Assembly (NCBI GenBank): GCA_963791045.1
Contig: CAWBQK010000013.1
Span: 1-64,000 of the forward strand
Direction: 5' to 3'
DNA from: Candidatus Latescibacterota bacterium
GTDB taxonomy: Bacteria; Krumholzibacteriota; Krumholzibacteriia; WVZY01
Length of the DNA stretch: 64,000 nt
A program made the translations under genes and the position numbers. Positions 19,901 through 29,520 of the stretch are shown one piece after another. Under the pieces are notes generated by a model. The model was not told the DNA's origin, did no database searches, and was given only the letters and a program-made list of their open reading frames with translations. The stretch's first letter is position 1. Every line of letters starts with the position of its first letter.

Positions 19901-20260
19901 TTGAGCGAGACGTCGGCATCGGACGGGGACATCTTCCCCGCGATGTTCCGCAAGGCGGGCCTTGGTCCGCTAATCGGCAAACGCTCATGGGGCGGCGTGA
20001 TAGGTATTTCGGGCCGCGGTCCATTAATTGACGGCGGCACGGTATATGTCCCCGAGTTCGGTTTCCTGAACACCGACGGTGAGTGGGATATCGAGAACTG
20101 GGGCGTCGATCCCGATATCGTGGTCGAGAACGATCCGAAATCGGTTATCGAAGGACGCGACCCGCAGCTTGAACGTGGGATCGAAGAGATCATGAAGATG
20201 ATCACCGAAGACCCAATCAAGATGCCGAAGCGTCCCGCCTATCCTGTGAAGACGAAGTAG
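16934..20260 (+). CDS. Tricorn protease homolog (S41 peptidase with beta-propellers and PDZ), exported
   Basis: PD40-like FSPDG repeats; GELNTSH; IDVRGNGGG; ASDGDIF; GKRSWGG; GVDPDI. Confidence 0.95.
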   Translation: MRSRHTRTLIGVILAMVLIVPTLALSQTKLLRFPDIHGDKVTFCYAGDLWLADATGGTAVRLTTHPGQELFPKFSPDGKWIAFTGQYDGDEQVYIIPTEGGVPTQLTFYPALGPLPPRWGYDNQIYGWTRDGNAVLFRSMRYGFDLTDTRLFTVTLKGGLPEPLPMPVSGAGEFSPDGSKMVYSPLIRDFRTWKRYQGGWAQDLYTFDLTTFEATQVTDHDRSDRDPMWIGDMIYFSSDRDGKLNLYSFNPATNETDQLTKEKTYDVRWPSAGDDGRIVYELNGELQVYDIATAKSAKISILANNDGVAMRPTRISAARNVEAYGLSPKGERAVFAARGDIFTAPIEKGATRNLTNSSRYHDKWPAWSPDGKKIAFISDRTGEEEIYLVDQDGKGEIEQLTNNGKEMRYAPKWSPCGKMIAFTDKNGKIWVLDVATKKSIEVANEKNNWTTDYMWSPNGGYLTFSMEDETGFASIYIWSAGDKKLHRITGPYFNEFEPVWDPSGDYLYYMSDREFAPQIGSIEWNYLVDRETYIYALALRKDVKNPFPFESDEVKIDEEKKDGDKDDKKPEKGKDEDKDKDKDEKKDEKKEPIKIDFEGLADRVARIPVDADNFYGLEAVEGKIIYVAGSPFYYGRASDVKRTIKVFEFEDRKESTIVEDAGGYALSNDGKKLLARVNGQFKLFDAKPKGGDAKAVSTSGLMVDRVPADEWAEIFDEVWRRFRDFFYAENMHGYNWEQIGDRYRPLVEHVAHRADLNYVLGEMVGELNTSHSYIQGGDYEVPDRPRVALLGARLELDPKENRYKVVEILKGQNQEDRYRSPMTEIGVDINVGDYILAIDGVDLTGDENPYRMLRNKADRPVALLVNSSAKKKDARNVTFEPISSERSLRYLEWVVGNREKVAKATDGRVGYLHVPDMGSDGIREFIKWYYGQIKMEGLVIDVRGNGGGNVSQMLIERLGRELLSLDYSRNSEYASPYPNSVFNGHLVCLLSETSASDGDIFPAMFRKAGLGPLIGKRSWGGVIGISGRGPLIDGGTVYVPEFGFLNTDGEWDIENWGVDPDIVVENDPKSVIEGRDPQLERGIEEIMKMITEDPIKMPKRPAYPVKTK

Positions 20261-20498
20261 GCACCGCGGACATAGTGGTTATTCCGAGGGAGCGGTAAAA
20301 CATTCTCGGGTTCAGGCCTTTAGGTCGGGTGCATCTTCAATGACGCGCCCCCGAAGGGTGATTCGCCCGCGAACGTCTTACCGCTCCCTTTCATTTTCCC
20401 TCTTTTGGCCTGTTGGGCTGGACAAATCAGAGGCGTCTGGCAATATTATGCTAGGTTTGGGACTTTTCTTTTTCATAAAAACAGGGTAGAATATTGCA

Positions 20499-21485
20499 AT
20501 GACACCAGATACAAGAATACTCTCAGGCATCCAGCCGACAGGAAAGCTCCACCTCGGCAACTATCTCGGCGCGCTCAAGAACTGGGTCGCGCTCCAGGAC
20601 GAGTTCCCCAACTCGTGCTACTACTGCATTGTTGATCTCCATGCGATCACAGCGCCGTACGATCCAAGAGTTTTCAAGGACAATGTCTTTGACGCGGCCT
20701 TGAATTTTCTCGCCGCCGGGCTCGACCCCGAGAAATCGTTCATATTCATCCAGTCGAAGGTCAGCGAACACAGCGAACTCATGTGGCTCCTCAATACGAT
20801 CACGCCACTGGGGCTGCTCGAACGGATGACACAGTACAAAGACAAAAAGCAAAAGCATGTCGACCACATAAACGCCGGTCTTCTCAACTACCCCGTTCTC
20901 ATGGCGGCGGACATTCTGATATACAAAGCGTCGATGGTTCCGGTGGGAGACGACCAGGTTCAGCACCTCGAACTCACACGCGAAATCGCGCGCAAGTTCA
21001 ACCACACATTCGGCGACACTTTCCCCGAGCCTGAACCACGACTCACAGTTAGCAGGCGGATCATGTCGCTCACCTCACCCGAGAACAAGATGAGCAAAAG
21101 CGACAACGACAAGAGCTACATTATGATTGACGAGGAGCCCGAGAGCATTAAACAAAAGCTCCGAAAGGCGGTCACCGATGCGGGGACAACCGGGGAGATC
21201 GGCCCCGGGGCCAGAAACCTCATCACCATCCTCGAGGTCATAGCCCCCGACCTTGCCGCCAAGTTTTCGGCAGACGCAGAGAAAGGCGAAATCCGTTACG
21301 GCGACCTTAAGTCACAACTGGCCGAGTCGCTGGCGGAGTACCTCGCCCCGTTCCGCGAGAGGCGTGCCGAACTGGCTTCAAAACCTGATGAAGTGTGGGA
21401 AATCCTCGAGGCGGGAACCGTGGAGGCGCGAAAGATCGCCTCGGCCACTCTCCGGGAGGTCAAGGACCATATGGGCTTCGTCTAG
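20499..21485 (+). CDS. trpS: Tryptophan--tRNA ligase
   Basis: SGIQPTGKLHLGNY; VPVGDDQVQHLE; KMSKS. Confidence 0.98.
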   Translation: MTPDTRILSGIQPTGKLHLGNYLGALKNWVALQDEFPNSCYYCIVDLHAITAPYDPRVFKDNVFDAALNFLAAGLDPEKSFIFIQSKVSEHSELMWLLNTITPLGLLERMTQYKDKKQKHVDHINAGLLNYPVLMAADILIYKASMVPVGDDQVQHLELTREIARKFNHTFGDTFPEPEPRLTVSRRIMSLTSPENKMSKSDNDKSYIMIDEEPESIKQKLRKAVTDAGTTGEIGPGARNLITILEVIAPDLAAKFSADAEKGEIRYGDLKSQLAESLAEYLAPFRERRAELASKPDEVWEILEAGTVEARKIASATLREVKDHMGFV

Positions 21486-21511
21486 ACGGACTCGGTCAAG
21501 ATCGATGGACA

Positions 21512-21548
21512 AAAAAAGCCGCCCGGCCTTCGCCGGGCGGTTTATTTA
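21512..21548. terminator. Bidirectional intrinsic terminator between trpS and tRNA-His
   Basis: A-tract, then CCGCCCGGC-cttc-GCCGGGCGG, then TTTATTT. Confidence 0.75.
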
Positions 21549-21553
21549 TCAAA

Positions 21554-21630
21554 TGGGGTGGATGACGGGACTTGAACCCGCGACAACTGGATCCACAATC
21601 CAGGGCTCTACCAACTGAGCTACACCCACC
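21554..21630 (-). tRNA. tRNA-His(GTG)
   Basis: Cloverleaf with G-1, anticodon GTG and CCA end. Confidence 0.97.
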
Positions 21631-22206
21631 GTCTCGTGCCTTACCGAACCGCTTTAATGTAATACAAACAGACCGGTTAGGCAAACGGGATTCTAACAGA
21701 TCGCGGACCTGATAACAAGTGCTCGATTTTACCGTCCGGAAGCATCTTCGGGCCGGAAACGACGATCGCCCGCTCGACCCGGCGGGGCGCCGAATCGCGC
21801 GGGCGATCCTGTTTGGCGGGCAGCTGCCTATTTGGGAAGCAGCGCCTGCCAATCTTCCTGAACAGCGATTCATCGTGGCCAGCCAGAGGGAATATGGATA
21901 GCCACGAGAGAAACAGAAACAGTCACGCAACAGGTGACTACACTGAATGTTACAATGTATCGATCAATCACCTCCTTCTTTCCTGCGAGGGCTTCGATCC
22001 CACCCCCTACGCTAAGACTCTATAAGAAATATAGCGTCAAAATTCAAGGCGCGCAATACCATCGGCGGAGATTTTTGTCAATGTTATACTCTACACTTGC
22101 TCCGAATCGGCAATGTGGGCGGGGTTTCATGAATTGGATTTTTGAAACAATCCCGGAGGGTGCGGGTGGCACGCTACAGTTCGAACTTGTCGCAACCAAC
22201 TCCATC

Positions 22207-24453
22207 TCACTTTAAAAGTATCAGCTTTCTGGTCATCACCTCGCCTCCGGCGGAAAGCCGACAAAAATAAACACCCGAACTCACTCTGTCGCCACTATCG
22301 TTCGTACCATCCCAGTTTCTGCGATAGATTCCCTCATCCATCCGTTCGTTGACGAGAGAAACGATGCGCTTGCCCTGAATGTCGTAAATGACCAACTTCA
22401 CGGCCATACGTTCAGAGAGCTCGAAGGAAATTGTTGTCTGAGGGTTGAATGGGTTTGGGTAGTTTTGATTGAGTGCCAGGCGTGATGCATCCGGATCGCC
22501 AACCGAAGTCGGCGTATCCAACAGCAAAATGTCGAATCCATCGTGGCGCGAAGATGATACGTAGAAGTATGGAGGCGCCGCCGCCGCACGACCGCGTGTT
22601 CCCCCGCTATACATTGCAATACTGTCCGGATTCGCGGGGTCGGTTACCTGGATGACATAAAGATCGCCCGTCTCCAACGTTAAGTAAACTTCGTCGTCGA
22701 AAAACGAAATATTTGAAGCACCAGAGGCTGTTGTGTAGCTTCCAACCTCTACGGGCAGGGTCGGAGTCGAAACATCAATAACCAGCAGACTCTTGTCGGC
22801 AGGCGACGACTTACAGGCGAGATACGCGTGGGTCCCGTTGACAGCGACATCCCATGCCGACCCGCTGAAACTGTATGTGCCAACCTCGGCAGGATGCAAC
22901 GGATCCGAGATATCCATTACCCGGAGACCGTCTTCAGCGTTGGCGAGAAACGCATACATAGCCGACACATCAAGGGCAAAGATATCCTCGTCAGTGTCAT
23001 ACGCTGCGACCTGTGTCGGGCTTGAAGGATCGGATATGTCGTAGACAATAAAGTTATCATACGCGAAATTGTCGCCACCGCCTGTATATGCATATGAACC
23101 CGACACATCGATTGCCGTGAGGCACGCGCTCAGATTAAATCCTTCGAGTGTGGGGTCCTCGTTATCGGAGATATCTATCACTTGAATTCCACCCCAATAT
23201 TGGGACCACGTGTCGCAGTTCGCGAGATAGACATAACTGCCTGAAGCCGCCAGGTCTTTGGTTTCAACGTCAAGCCAGGGCGGCTCGGTCGAAAGCGCAA
23301 CTGGATGGAGGGGGTTAGACACGTCCGCCATCGAGAACCCCTCCAGACTCCTCAGAAACAGAATGTCGTTCTCGATGACGGAGGAATGCGAAGGGGCAAC
23401 CCCGCGAAACCACGCAATCTCCGCTGGACTTGTTTCGTCCAGCACATCGATGATCTTGACTCCGTCGTAATATCCGCAGACAAAAGCGAAGTCTCCATTC
23501 ACGGCAACCTCGTCTCCGTCACCGTTGAGCACCTCGCCGACCTGCAATGGAGCCGTTGGGATGGAAACATCGACAATCCTCAAACCTTCACCACTTGTCA
23601 CATAGGCATGATTCCCCTGCAATGAGACATCTTTACAATCCACTATCGATAGATGAGCGGCCTCGGTGGGAATAGCGGGGTTCGAAACATCGACCACCCA
23701 TAAACCACTCAGATTGACTGCCCCTGCAATGTAAACAAAGTTGCCATCAACCGACAGGCCGCTGAAATATGCGTAGGATGCCGGCTTGATCCAGGATCCC
23801 TCCTGGTATGGGTTTTCAGGATCTGTCACATTGATGACTTCCAACTCCTCTTCCACAAAGTCGGTGACATAGGCATAACCACCTTGAGCCACCACCCTCC
23901 AGGACCAACCCGATGTCGCGATATGGCCAACCTCGTTGGGATTTTCGGGATTCGTGATATCCAGAACACGAAACCCATCGGTCCTTTGGCAAACGTATGC
24001 ATAATTGCCTGATATCGCTATACTCTGGGCAAAACCGCCGACATCGGCGCCCACTTCAACAAGATTCGCCGGATCGGCGATGTCGACAACTCGAACACCA
24101 CTGTCACCGTTCGCGACATAGGCATAGTTCCCTGATAATGTGAAATCCTGGATGTGTTCCGAGAATACAATATTACTGATCCGAACCGGGTTGAGCTTAT
24201 CAGATACATCGATAGCCACGAGGAATTGACTGAAGCCCGCGAAGACAACATCACCATCGATCGCAATGGGTTCGCACTGACCGCCTTCCCATTCTCGAAG
24301 CAGATCAACATTCGAACTGGGACTGGAATCAAACGGGCGGGATCCAGAGGGCAGTTCCGCGTCCGAAGCGCGGTTTACGGACATCGAGACGAGCAATGAC
24401 AACAGTGCCGCGAAAAGAACTCTATGCTTGTTTGGATACGTGTGCATAGACAT
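22207..24453 (-). CDS. Secreted LVIVD-repeat beta-propeller protein with C-terminal FlgD-Ig domain
   Basis: Repeated GNYAYV...G[LV]RVVD[IV]SDP..P motifs; QNYPNPFNPQTTI...SGVYFCRL. Confidence 0.9.
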   Translation of the reverse strand: MSMHTYPNKHRVLFAALLSLLVSMSVNRASDAELPSGSRPFDSSPSSNVDLLREWEGGQCEPIAIDGDVVFAGFSQFLVAIDVSDKLNPVRISNIVFSEHIQDFTLSGNYAYVANGDSGVRVVDIADPANLVEVGADVGGFAQSIAISGNYAYVCQRTDGFRVLDITNPENPNEVGHIATSGWSWRVVAQGGYAYVTDFVEEELEVINVTDPENPYQEGSWIKPASYAYFSGLSVDGNFVYIAGAVNLSGLWVVDVSNPAIPTEAAHLSIVDCKDVSLQGNHAYVTSGEGLRIVDVSIPTAPLQVGEVLNGDGDEVAVNGDFAFVCGYYDGVKIIDVLDETSPAEIAWFRGVAPSHSSVIENDILFLRSLEGFSMADVSNPLHPVALSTEPPWLDVETKDLAASGSYVYLANCDTWSQYWGGIQVIDISDNEDPTLEGFNLSACLTAIDVSGSYAYTGGGDNFAYDNFIVYDISDPSSPTQVAAYDTDEDIFALDVSAMYAFLANAEDGLRVMDISDPLHPAEVGTYSFSGSAWDVAVNGTHAYLACKSSPADKSLLVIDVSTPTLPVEVGSYTTASGASNISFFDDEVYLTLETGDLYVIQVTDPANPDSIAMYSGGTRGRAAAAPPYFYVSSSRHDGFDILLLDTPTSVGDPDASRLALNQNYPNPFNPQTTISFELSERMAVKLVIYDIQGKRIVSLVNERMDEGIYRRNWDGTNDSGDRVSSGVYFCRLSAGGEVMTRKLILLK

Positions 24454-24554
24454 TACAGGACACTCCTCTCAACGAGAAATACTCATTGCCAGGGCGGCAC
24501 CCCTGGCGTGATTCAAATGTGCAATAGAAGTAAGTTGCTCCTTTCAGTCGTTGA

Positions 24555-25427
24555 CTAATCCGAATAGCGCTCTTTGATCTCACCCCACGTGCTGTGCTCG
24601 ACAGGGACGCTACCCGTGTGCAGCCAGTGCCTCGTGAACAGCACAAAATCAATGAGATCCAGGTTGTCGCTGCAATAAAAATCCATGTCGGGATCGAACA
24701 TTCCCGCCATATAAGGCTGAGCGAACGTGGCGAAATCCACAATGTCCACCAGGTTGTCACCATTGAGATCAACCGTGTGGAGCTGGCTCGGCGGGTCGCC
24801 GGGCAGGATCACTCCGCCGTCACTGGCCGGACAAACGAGCACGCACTCTTCCGCCGCCGGACCCATCGGCACCGCACGGGGCGTCGTCGTGGTTAACTCG
24901 GGAGTATTCCCGACCACCAGGCCGCACACGTAGCTGGGAAACCCAATAACCTCCTCGAATACCAGATCAGACGTAACGGCCCGAAGAGAACCCGTCATCG
25001 GATGCGGCGCGAACTCGATCGTGATGTTGGTGGTCGCACATCCCTCGCACAACCACAATATAACAAATTCCTGTATGACGACGCGGCCGGATGCGTCCTG
25101 CGGCGTGAAAAAGGCCATTGTGCGACCTTGATCGGGAGTACCCATCCAAAGACCGTCGTTGGATTCGAGTTCACCGAGCCAGATGATTTCCGGCGGAAAC
25201 TCAATCTTGTATTCGATTCCCTCGAGTGGCGTGTCAAAACCTGAGGCAACCAGATACAGAGTGTCCAGCACCGATCCTGCAGGTGCTTCCGGGCAGTTGG
25301 CATGTTGTTGTGTAAGCGCTCGATCGAAGTACAATTCGAGAATGGGAGTTGCGGTCGCGTCAACAGGGACGGAGACGGCGGACAATAATAGAAGAATAAG
25401 AACGGAACCAATTAGCGCACTCTTCAT
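24555..25427 (-). CDS. Secreted protein with a dockerin/EF-hand-like pair and a C-terminal STWGEIK tail
   Basis: GGAGG RBS before MKSALIG... signal peptide; DLNGDNLVDIVDF and DFYCSDNLDLIDF; ends SVPVEHSTWGEIKERYSD. Confidence 0.8.
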   Translation of the reverse strand: MKSALIGSVLILLLLSAVSVPVDATATPILELYFDRALTQQHANCPEAPAGSVLDTLYLVASGFDTPLEGIEYKIEFPPEIIWLGELESNDGLWMGTPDQGRTMAFFTPQDASGRVVIQEFVILWLCEGCATTNITIEFAPHPMTGSLRAVTSDLVFEEVIGFPSYVCGLVVGNTPELTTTTPRAVPMGPAAEECVLVCPASDGGVILPGDPPSQLHTVDLNGDNLVDIVDFATFAQPYMAGMFDPDMDFYCSDNLDLIDFVLFTRHWLHTGSVPVEHSTWGEIKERYSD

Positions 25428-25532
25428 GGTGGCCTCCCTCATTGGGGTATCCGTTTTATCGGCCTCTATTACATTATACCACAAAACTTCAGGGACGGTG
25501 ACAACAAGAAGGGTGGATGGGGTGCCACGATC

Positions 25533-25578
25533 GGAGCCTCAAAAGAGGTGGCGCGCCTCAATTGGAGCCTTATAAGAG

Positions 25579-25588
<10 letters not shown>
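25533..25588. repeat. Imperfect direct repeat duplicating the tRNA-Arg 3' end
   Basis: GGAGCCTcaaAAGAGgTGGCGCGCCT (25533-25558) versus GGAGCCTtatAAGAGTGGCGCGCCT (25564-25588). Confidence 0.7.
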
Positions 25589-25656
<68 letters not shown>

Positions 25657-25683
25657 GCTCGAAGAATCGAAGCAGATTATGAA

Positions 25684-25763
<80 letters not shown>

Positions 25764-25880
25764 ACCTGATGTGTTGTGAGCCACAAATATGTACCGGATA
25801 ACCACTTTTGTCAAGATGCCCAGTGAGGATCTGCCGCCCAAGCACCACATTCCGCCCAAAAACCCCCACCGGCAAAGCCG

Positions 25881-27145
25881 TCAGGCGTAGCGGAACCAGC
25901 GGATGATTTCGCGAAGCCCCGGACGCTTTCCATACATAAGGATCCCCGTCCGGAACACGCGGGAGCTGAAGATAATGACGCCGTATATGGTCACCAACAA
26001 CAGGGCAAATCCCAGGGCCACCTCCCACCACGGCGGTTCTGAAATGACAACCCGCGCGAGCATAAGCATGGGAGTAAACAGAGGAATCAATGAGAGAACC
26101 GTGGCCACGATACTGCTGGGGTTCTGGATGACGACGAAGACGAGCATGATCGGAACGAGCATCGGAAACACAACGATACTCTGGAGCTGCTGCGCGTCCT
26201 GCTCGGTCGAACACATCGATCCAATGATCGTGAATATCGACGAATACATAAGAAAACCGAGAATGAAGAACGCCACGAAGTAGATCACATCACTCGGCGA
26301 GATCTGAATGAATTGGGCAATCTCCGCCGCTATGACGCTCGACGACAACCCGAGCCCCAGCATGATCAACGACCAGATCCCGATCTGGGTGAGCCCGAGC
26401 GATCCGACTCCGATGATCTTGCCCACAAAAAGATCCCTGGGTTCGACCGAGCTCAGCATCACTTCGATAACGCGCGACGTCTTGTCCTCGATGATGCTTC
26501 TCTGGACGGAAATCCCCCACGAGAGAAGCGTCATATAAAGAATCATAACAAAAACCACGACGAGGAAAAACTCGCCGACCAGCTCCGTGGTCACGGGCAC
26601 GCCCGAGCTGTTCAATTTCATCTCGCTGAAGTGTACGCGTTCGGTGAGTGCGACCACCTTGTCGTAGTCCATCCCCTCGTTCGCAAGCCTCTTCGCAATG
26701 ACTATCGAGTTGAGATTCTCCCGAATCTCCTCCATAACGCGCTCGTTGAAGTAATCCTTTGAGATGTAATTGACCGTCCCGGTCTCAAAAACATCCTCGG
26801 GGATCTCAATAAGGATATCGAGCGCGTTGTTGTCAACGCTGGCAACATGGATCGCGAGATAGTTATCGGCATCGCGCTCGCCAAGATCCGGCACGACAAA
26901 ACGGTAATTCGCGCCACCCGCTTCGGCCTCGTCTGGAAAGAGGCCACAAGCTCATCCGCGATGACGCCGGTGCGGTCGAACACGGCGACGGACACTTCCT
27001 CCGCGGGAATAAAGAACAGGGTGAGGAGAGGGATCGCGTAGACGGCAAGAATAAGAATCGGCGCAAGGATCGTGCTAATGATAAAGCTCTTCTTGCGGGC
27101 GCTTTCTACATACTCGCGGCGTATCACATGGAGCGCTTTCCTCAT
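25881..27145 (-). CDS. ABC-2 type transporter permease (NatB/YhaP-like); frameshift near 26900-26940
   Basis: MRKALHVIRREY...KKSFIIST in one frame; IEDKTSRVIEVMLSSV...GKIIG...GILMYGK in another. Confidence 0.85.
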
Positions 27146-28051
27146 GTCGCTCCCCCCCAACCTTTTCGACAAAGATGTCGTGGATCGTGGGCTCCGCCAC
27201 TTCGAACTTCTGGATATCGAGACGCTCGCTCGCCGCCGCGAGAATGTCCCTCGTCCGCGCGCCTTCCCGCAAACTGACGAACACACCGTTGCCGTGGTCG
27301 TTCACACTCTCAACATCGGGAAGCTCGCGCAAAAACGACCCGTCGCCATTGAACTTCATCGAGATCGTATTGTGCCCGTACTCTTTCTTGATATCGGCGA
27401 GCTTTCCCTGGAGGATCGTCCGGCCGCCGTCGATCAGGCAAATCTCAAGGCAGAGTTTCTCCACCTGTTCCATCATGTGCGTGGAGAAAATAATCGTGTG
27501 ACCCTTGCGGTTGAACTCGAGAATGATGTCTTTGAGGATATTCGTGTTCACGGGATCGAGTCCGGAGAATGGTTCGTCGAGAATCACGAGATCGGGTTCA
27601 TGCAGAATCGTCGAGATGAATTGAACCTTCTGCTGCATTCCCTTTGAAAGTTCCTCGGCCTTCTTGAGCGCAACGTCGGAGAGCCGCAGGCGTTCGAGCC
27701 ACTCGCCCGCCGCCTTCTTGGCCGCCCGCCGCTTCATTGATTTCATCTGGCCGAAAAAAGTGAGAAGGTCGATGACCTTCATCTTGCGGTAAAGCCCCGC
27801 TCCTCGGGAAGATAACCAATCCGGTCCTTTTCGAGTTTTGCGAGGGGGTTGCCCAGCACTTCGATAGCGCCCGAGTCCGGGTAAATGATCCGCATGATCA
27901 TGCGGATGGTCGTCGTCTTACCCGCCCCGTTCGGGCCGAGCAAACCGTAGATCGTCCCCGGCTCGATATCGAACGACACAGCGTCGACCGCCTTGAAGTC
28001 GCCAAAGCTTTTCGAGACTGCGTCGAGCCTGACGGCGCTGGAAATTGTCAA
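27142..28051 (-). CDS. ABC transporter ATP-binding protein; frameshifts near 27795 and in the G-run near 27155
   Basis: GPNGAGKTT, LSKGMQQK, LVILDEPFSGLD and STH motifs split over two ORFs; GGAGG before TTG 28051. Confidence 0.88.
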
Positions 28052-28064
28052 CCGGTCCTCCGAT

Positions 28065-28697
28065 TCAATTGTCGCCCCGTTCGACGGCCAACCGGGAGCG
28101 AAGCAGCAGCTCGCGGATTTCAACGAGCGCACGGTAACGGTGACTCAGCTTGTTCTTGGCCTCATCGCCAATTTCGGAAAGCGTCTTGCCGAGATGGGGC
28201 AGCTCGAACAAAGGATCGTAACCAAACCCACCGCCCCCCTTGTTTTCGTGGGCGATGCGTCCCTCGAGAATTCCCTCGGCAACAAACGCGTCGGCGCCGG
28301 CCGGCCCGGCATCGCTTGTGAGCGCCAGCGCCATCACGCACCTGAAACGCGCCGTCCGCTTGTCGTCGGGAACGCCATCGAGTTCGGCGACGAGCTTTTT
28401 GTTGTTCGCCTGGTAATCCCCATCGTCACCCGCAAAGCGCGCCGAGTACACACCGGGCGCTCCGTCAAGCGCATCGACCTCTAGACCCGTGTCGTCGGCC
28501 AGCGCGCACAAACCCGTCGCGTCGCGGATCGTCCGCGCTTTCTTGAGCGCGTTCTCCTCGACGGTCTTCCCATCCTCGACGACGTCGGGCACGCCGTCAA
28601 ATTCATCGAGCGTCACAAGCGTCACATCGAGGTCATTTAAGATCGCCTCGATCTCTCGGAGCTTATCGCGATTTTTGGTGGCAATAACGATCTTCAT
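28065..28697 (-). CDS. rdgB: Non-canonical purine NTP pyrophosphatase (XTP/dITP diphosphatase)
   Basis: ATKNRDKLRE; ADDTGLEVDALDGAPGVYSAR; GFGYDPLF; SHR. Confidence 0.96.
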   Translation of the reverse strand: MKIVIATKNRDKLREIEAILNDLDVTLVTLDEFDGVPDVVEDGKTVEENALKKARTIRDATGLCALADDTGLEVDALDGAPGVYSARFAGDDGDYQANNKKLVAELDGVPDDKRTARFRCVMALALTSDAGPAGADAFVAEGILEGRIAHENKGGGGFGYDPLFELPHLGKTLSEIGDEAKNKLSHRYRALVEIRELLLRSRLAVERGDN

Positions 28698-28750
28698 TTT
28701 ATTCCTGTGAAATCATCCCCGCGCCCACGGCGCCCACAACAAGAAAAAGC

Positions 28751-29452
28751 CTACAAACCCAGCGCTTGTTTCTGCGCCTCCACCAACTCGAGACAACCCT
28801 TTCGCCCCAGGGCCACCATCTCGGCAAGCTGCTCGTCGGTGAACGGCACCTTCTCCGCCGTCCCCTGGATTTCAATGAATGCGCCCGTCTCGCTCATCAC
28901 GAGATTGAGATCAACTTCGGCGCTGGAATCTTCTTTGTAGTCGAGATCGAGCATCGTCACGCCATCGATCACACCCACGCTGATCGCCGACACGAAAAAG
29001 TTCATGGGGTGCTGAGCATAGCCAACGTTGGTGAGCGCATCGTAGAGCGCCACGCACCCGCCAGTAATCGAGGCACTCCGGGTACCGCCGTCCGCTTCGA
29101 GAACGTCGCAGTCCACGATAACGGTGATCTCGCCCATCATGTTGAGCTGCATCGACGTCCTCAGGCTCCGCCCGATCAAACGCTGAATCTCGAAGGTTCT
29201 CCCGCCGCGCCCGCGAATCGCCTCGCGCATCATACGGCTGTTCGTGCTCCGCGGGAGCATCCCGTATTCGGCGGTCACCCAACCCTGACCCTTCCCCGAC
29301 AAAAACTTTGGAACGCCGTCGTCGACGGTGGCAGCGCAAATGACGCGCGTGTTCCCCATTTCAATTAGCGCCGACCCTTCGGCATTCTTGAGGTATCCGC
29401 GTTCGATTTTGACGGGTCTCTTGTCGTCGCGGGCTCTCCCGTTGGTGCGCAT
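28751..29452 (-). CDS. rph: Ribonuclease PH
   Basis: GWVTAEYGMLPRST; EIQRLIGRSLR; ADGGTR; EIQGTAE. Confidence 0.97.
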   Translation of the reverse strand: MRTNGRARDDKRPVKIERGYLKNAEGSALIEMGNTRVICAATVDDGVPKFLSGKGQGWVTAEYGMLPRSTNSRMMREAIRGRGGRTFEIQRLIGRSLRTSMQLNMMGEITVIVDCDVLEADGGTRSASITGGCVALYDALTNVGYAQHPMNFFVSAISVGVIDGVTMLDLDYKEDSSAEVDLNLVMSETGAFIEIQGTAEKVPFTDEQLAEMVALGRKGCLELVEAQKQALGL

Positions 29453-29520
29453 GGGATTCCTTTCACGTAACTGGTTGAATGTCGGTCCGGCGCCGGGGTC
29501 CGCCGATGCGGACGCGGGCT

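Noticed and set aside
20250-20498. T-box riboswitch upstream of trpS
   Set aside because: Only a partial GGCACCGCG match at the upstream stop codon; no full T-box consensus or stem I.
21960-21980. 16S rRNA 3'-end fragment (ATCACCTCCTT)
   Set aside because: No flanking rRNA sequence; better read as a minus-strand Shine-Dalgarno sequence.
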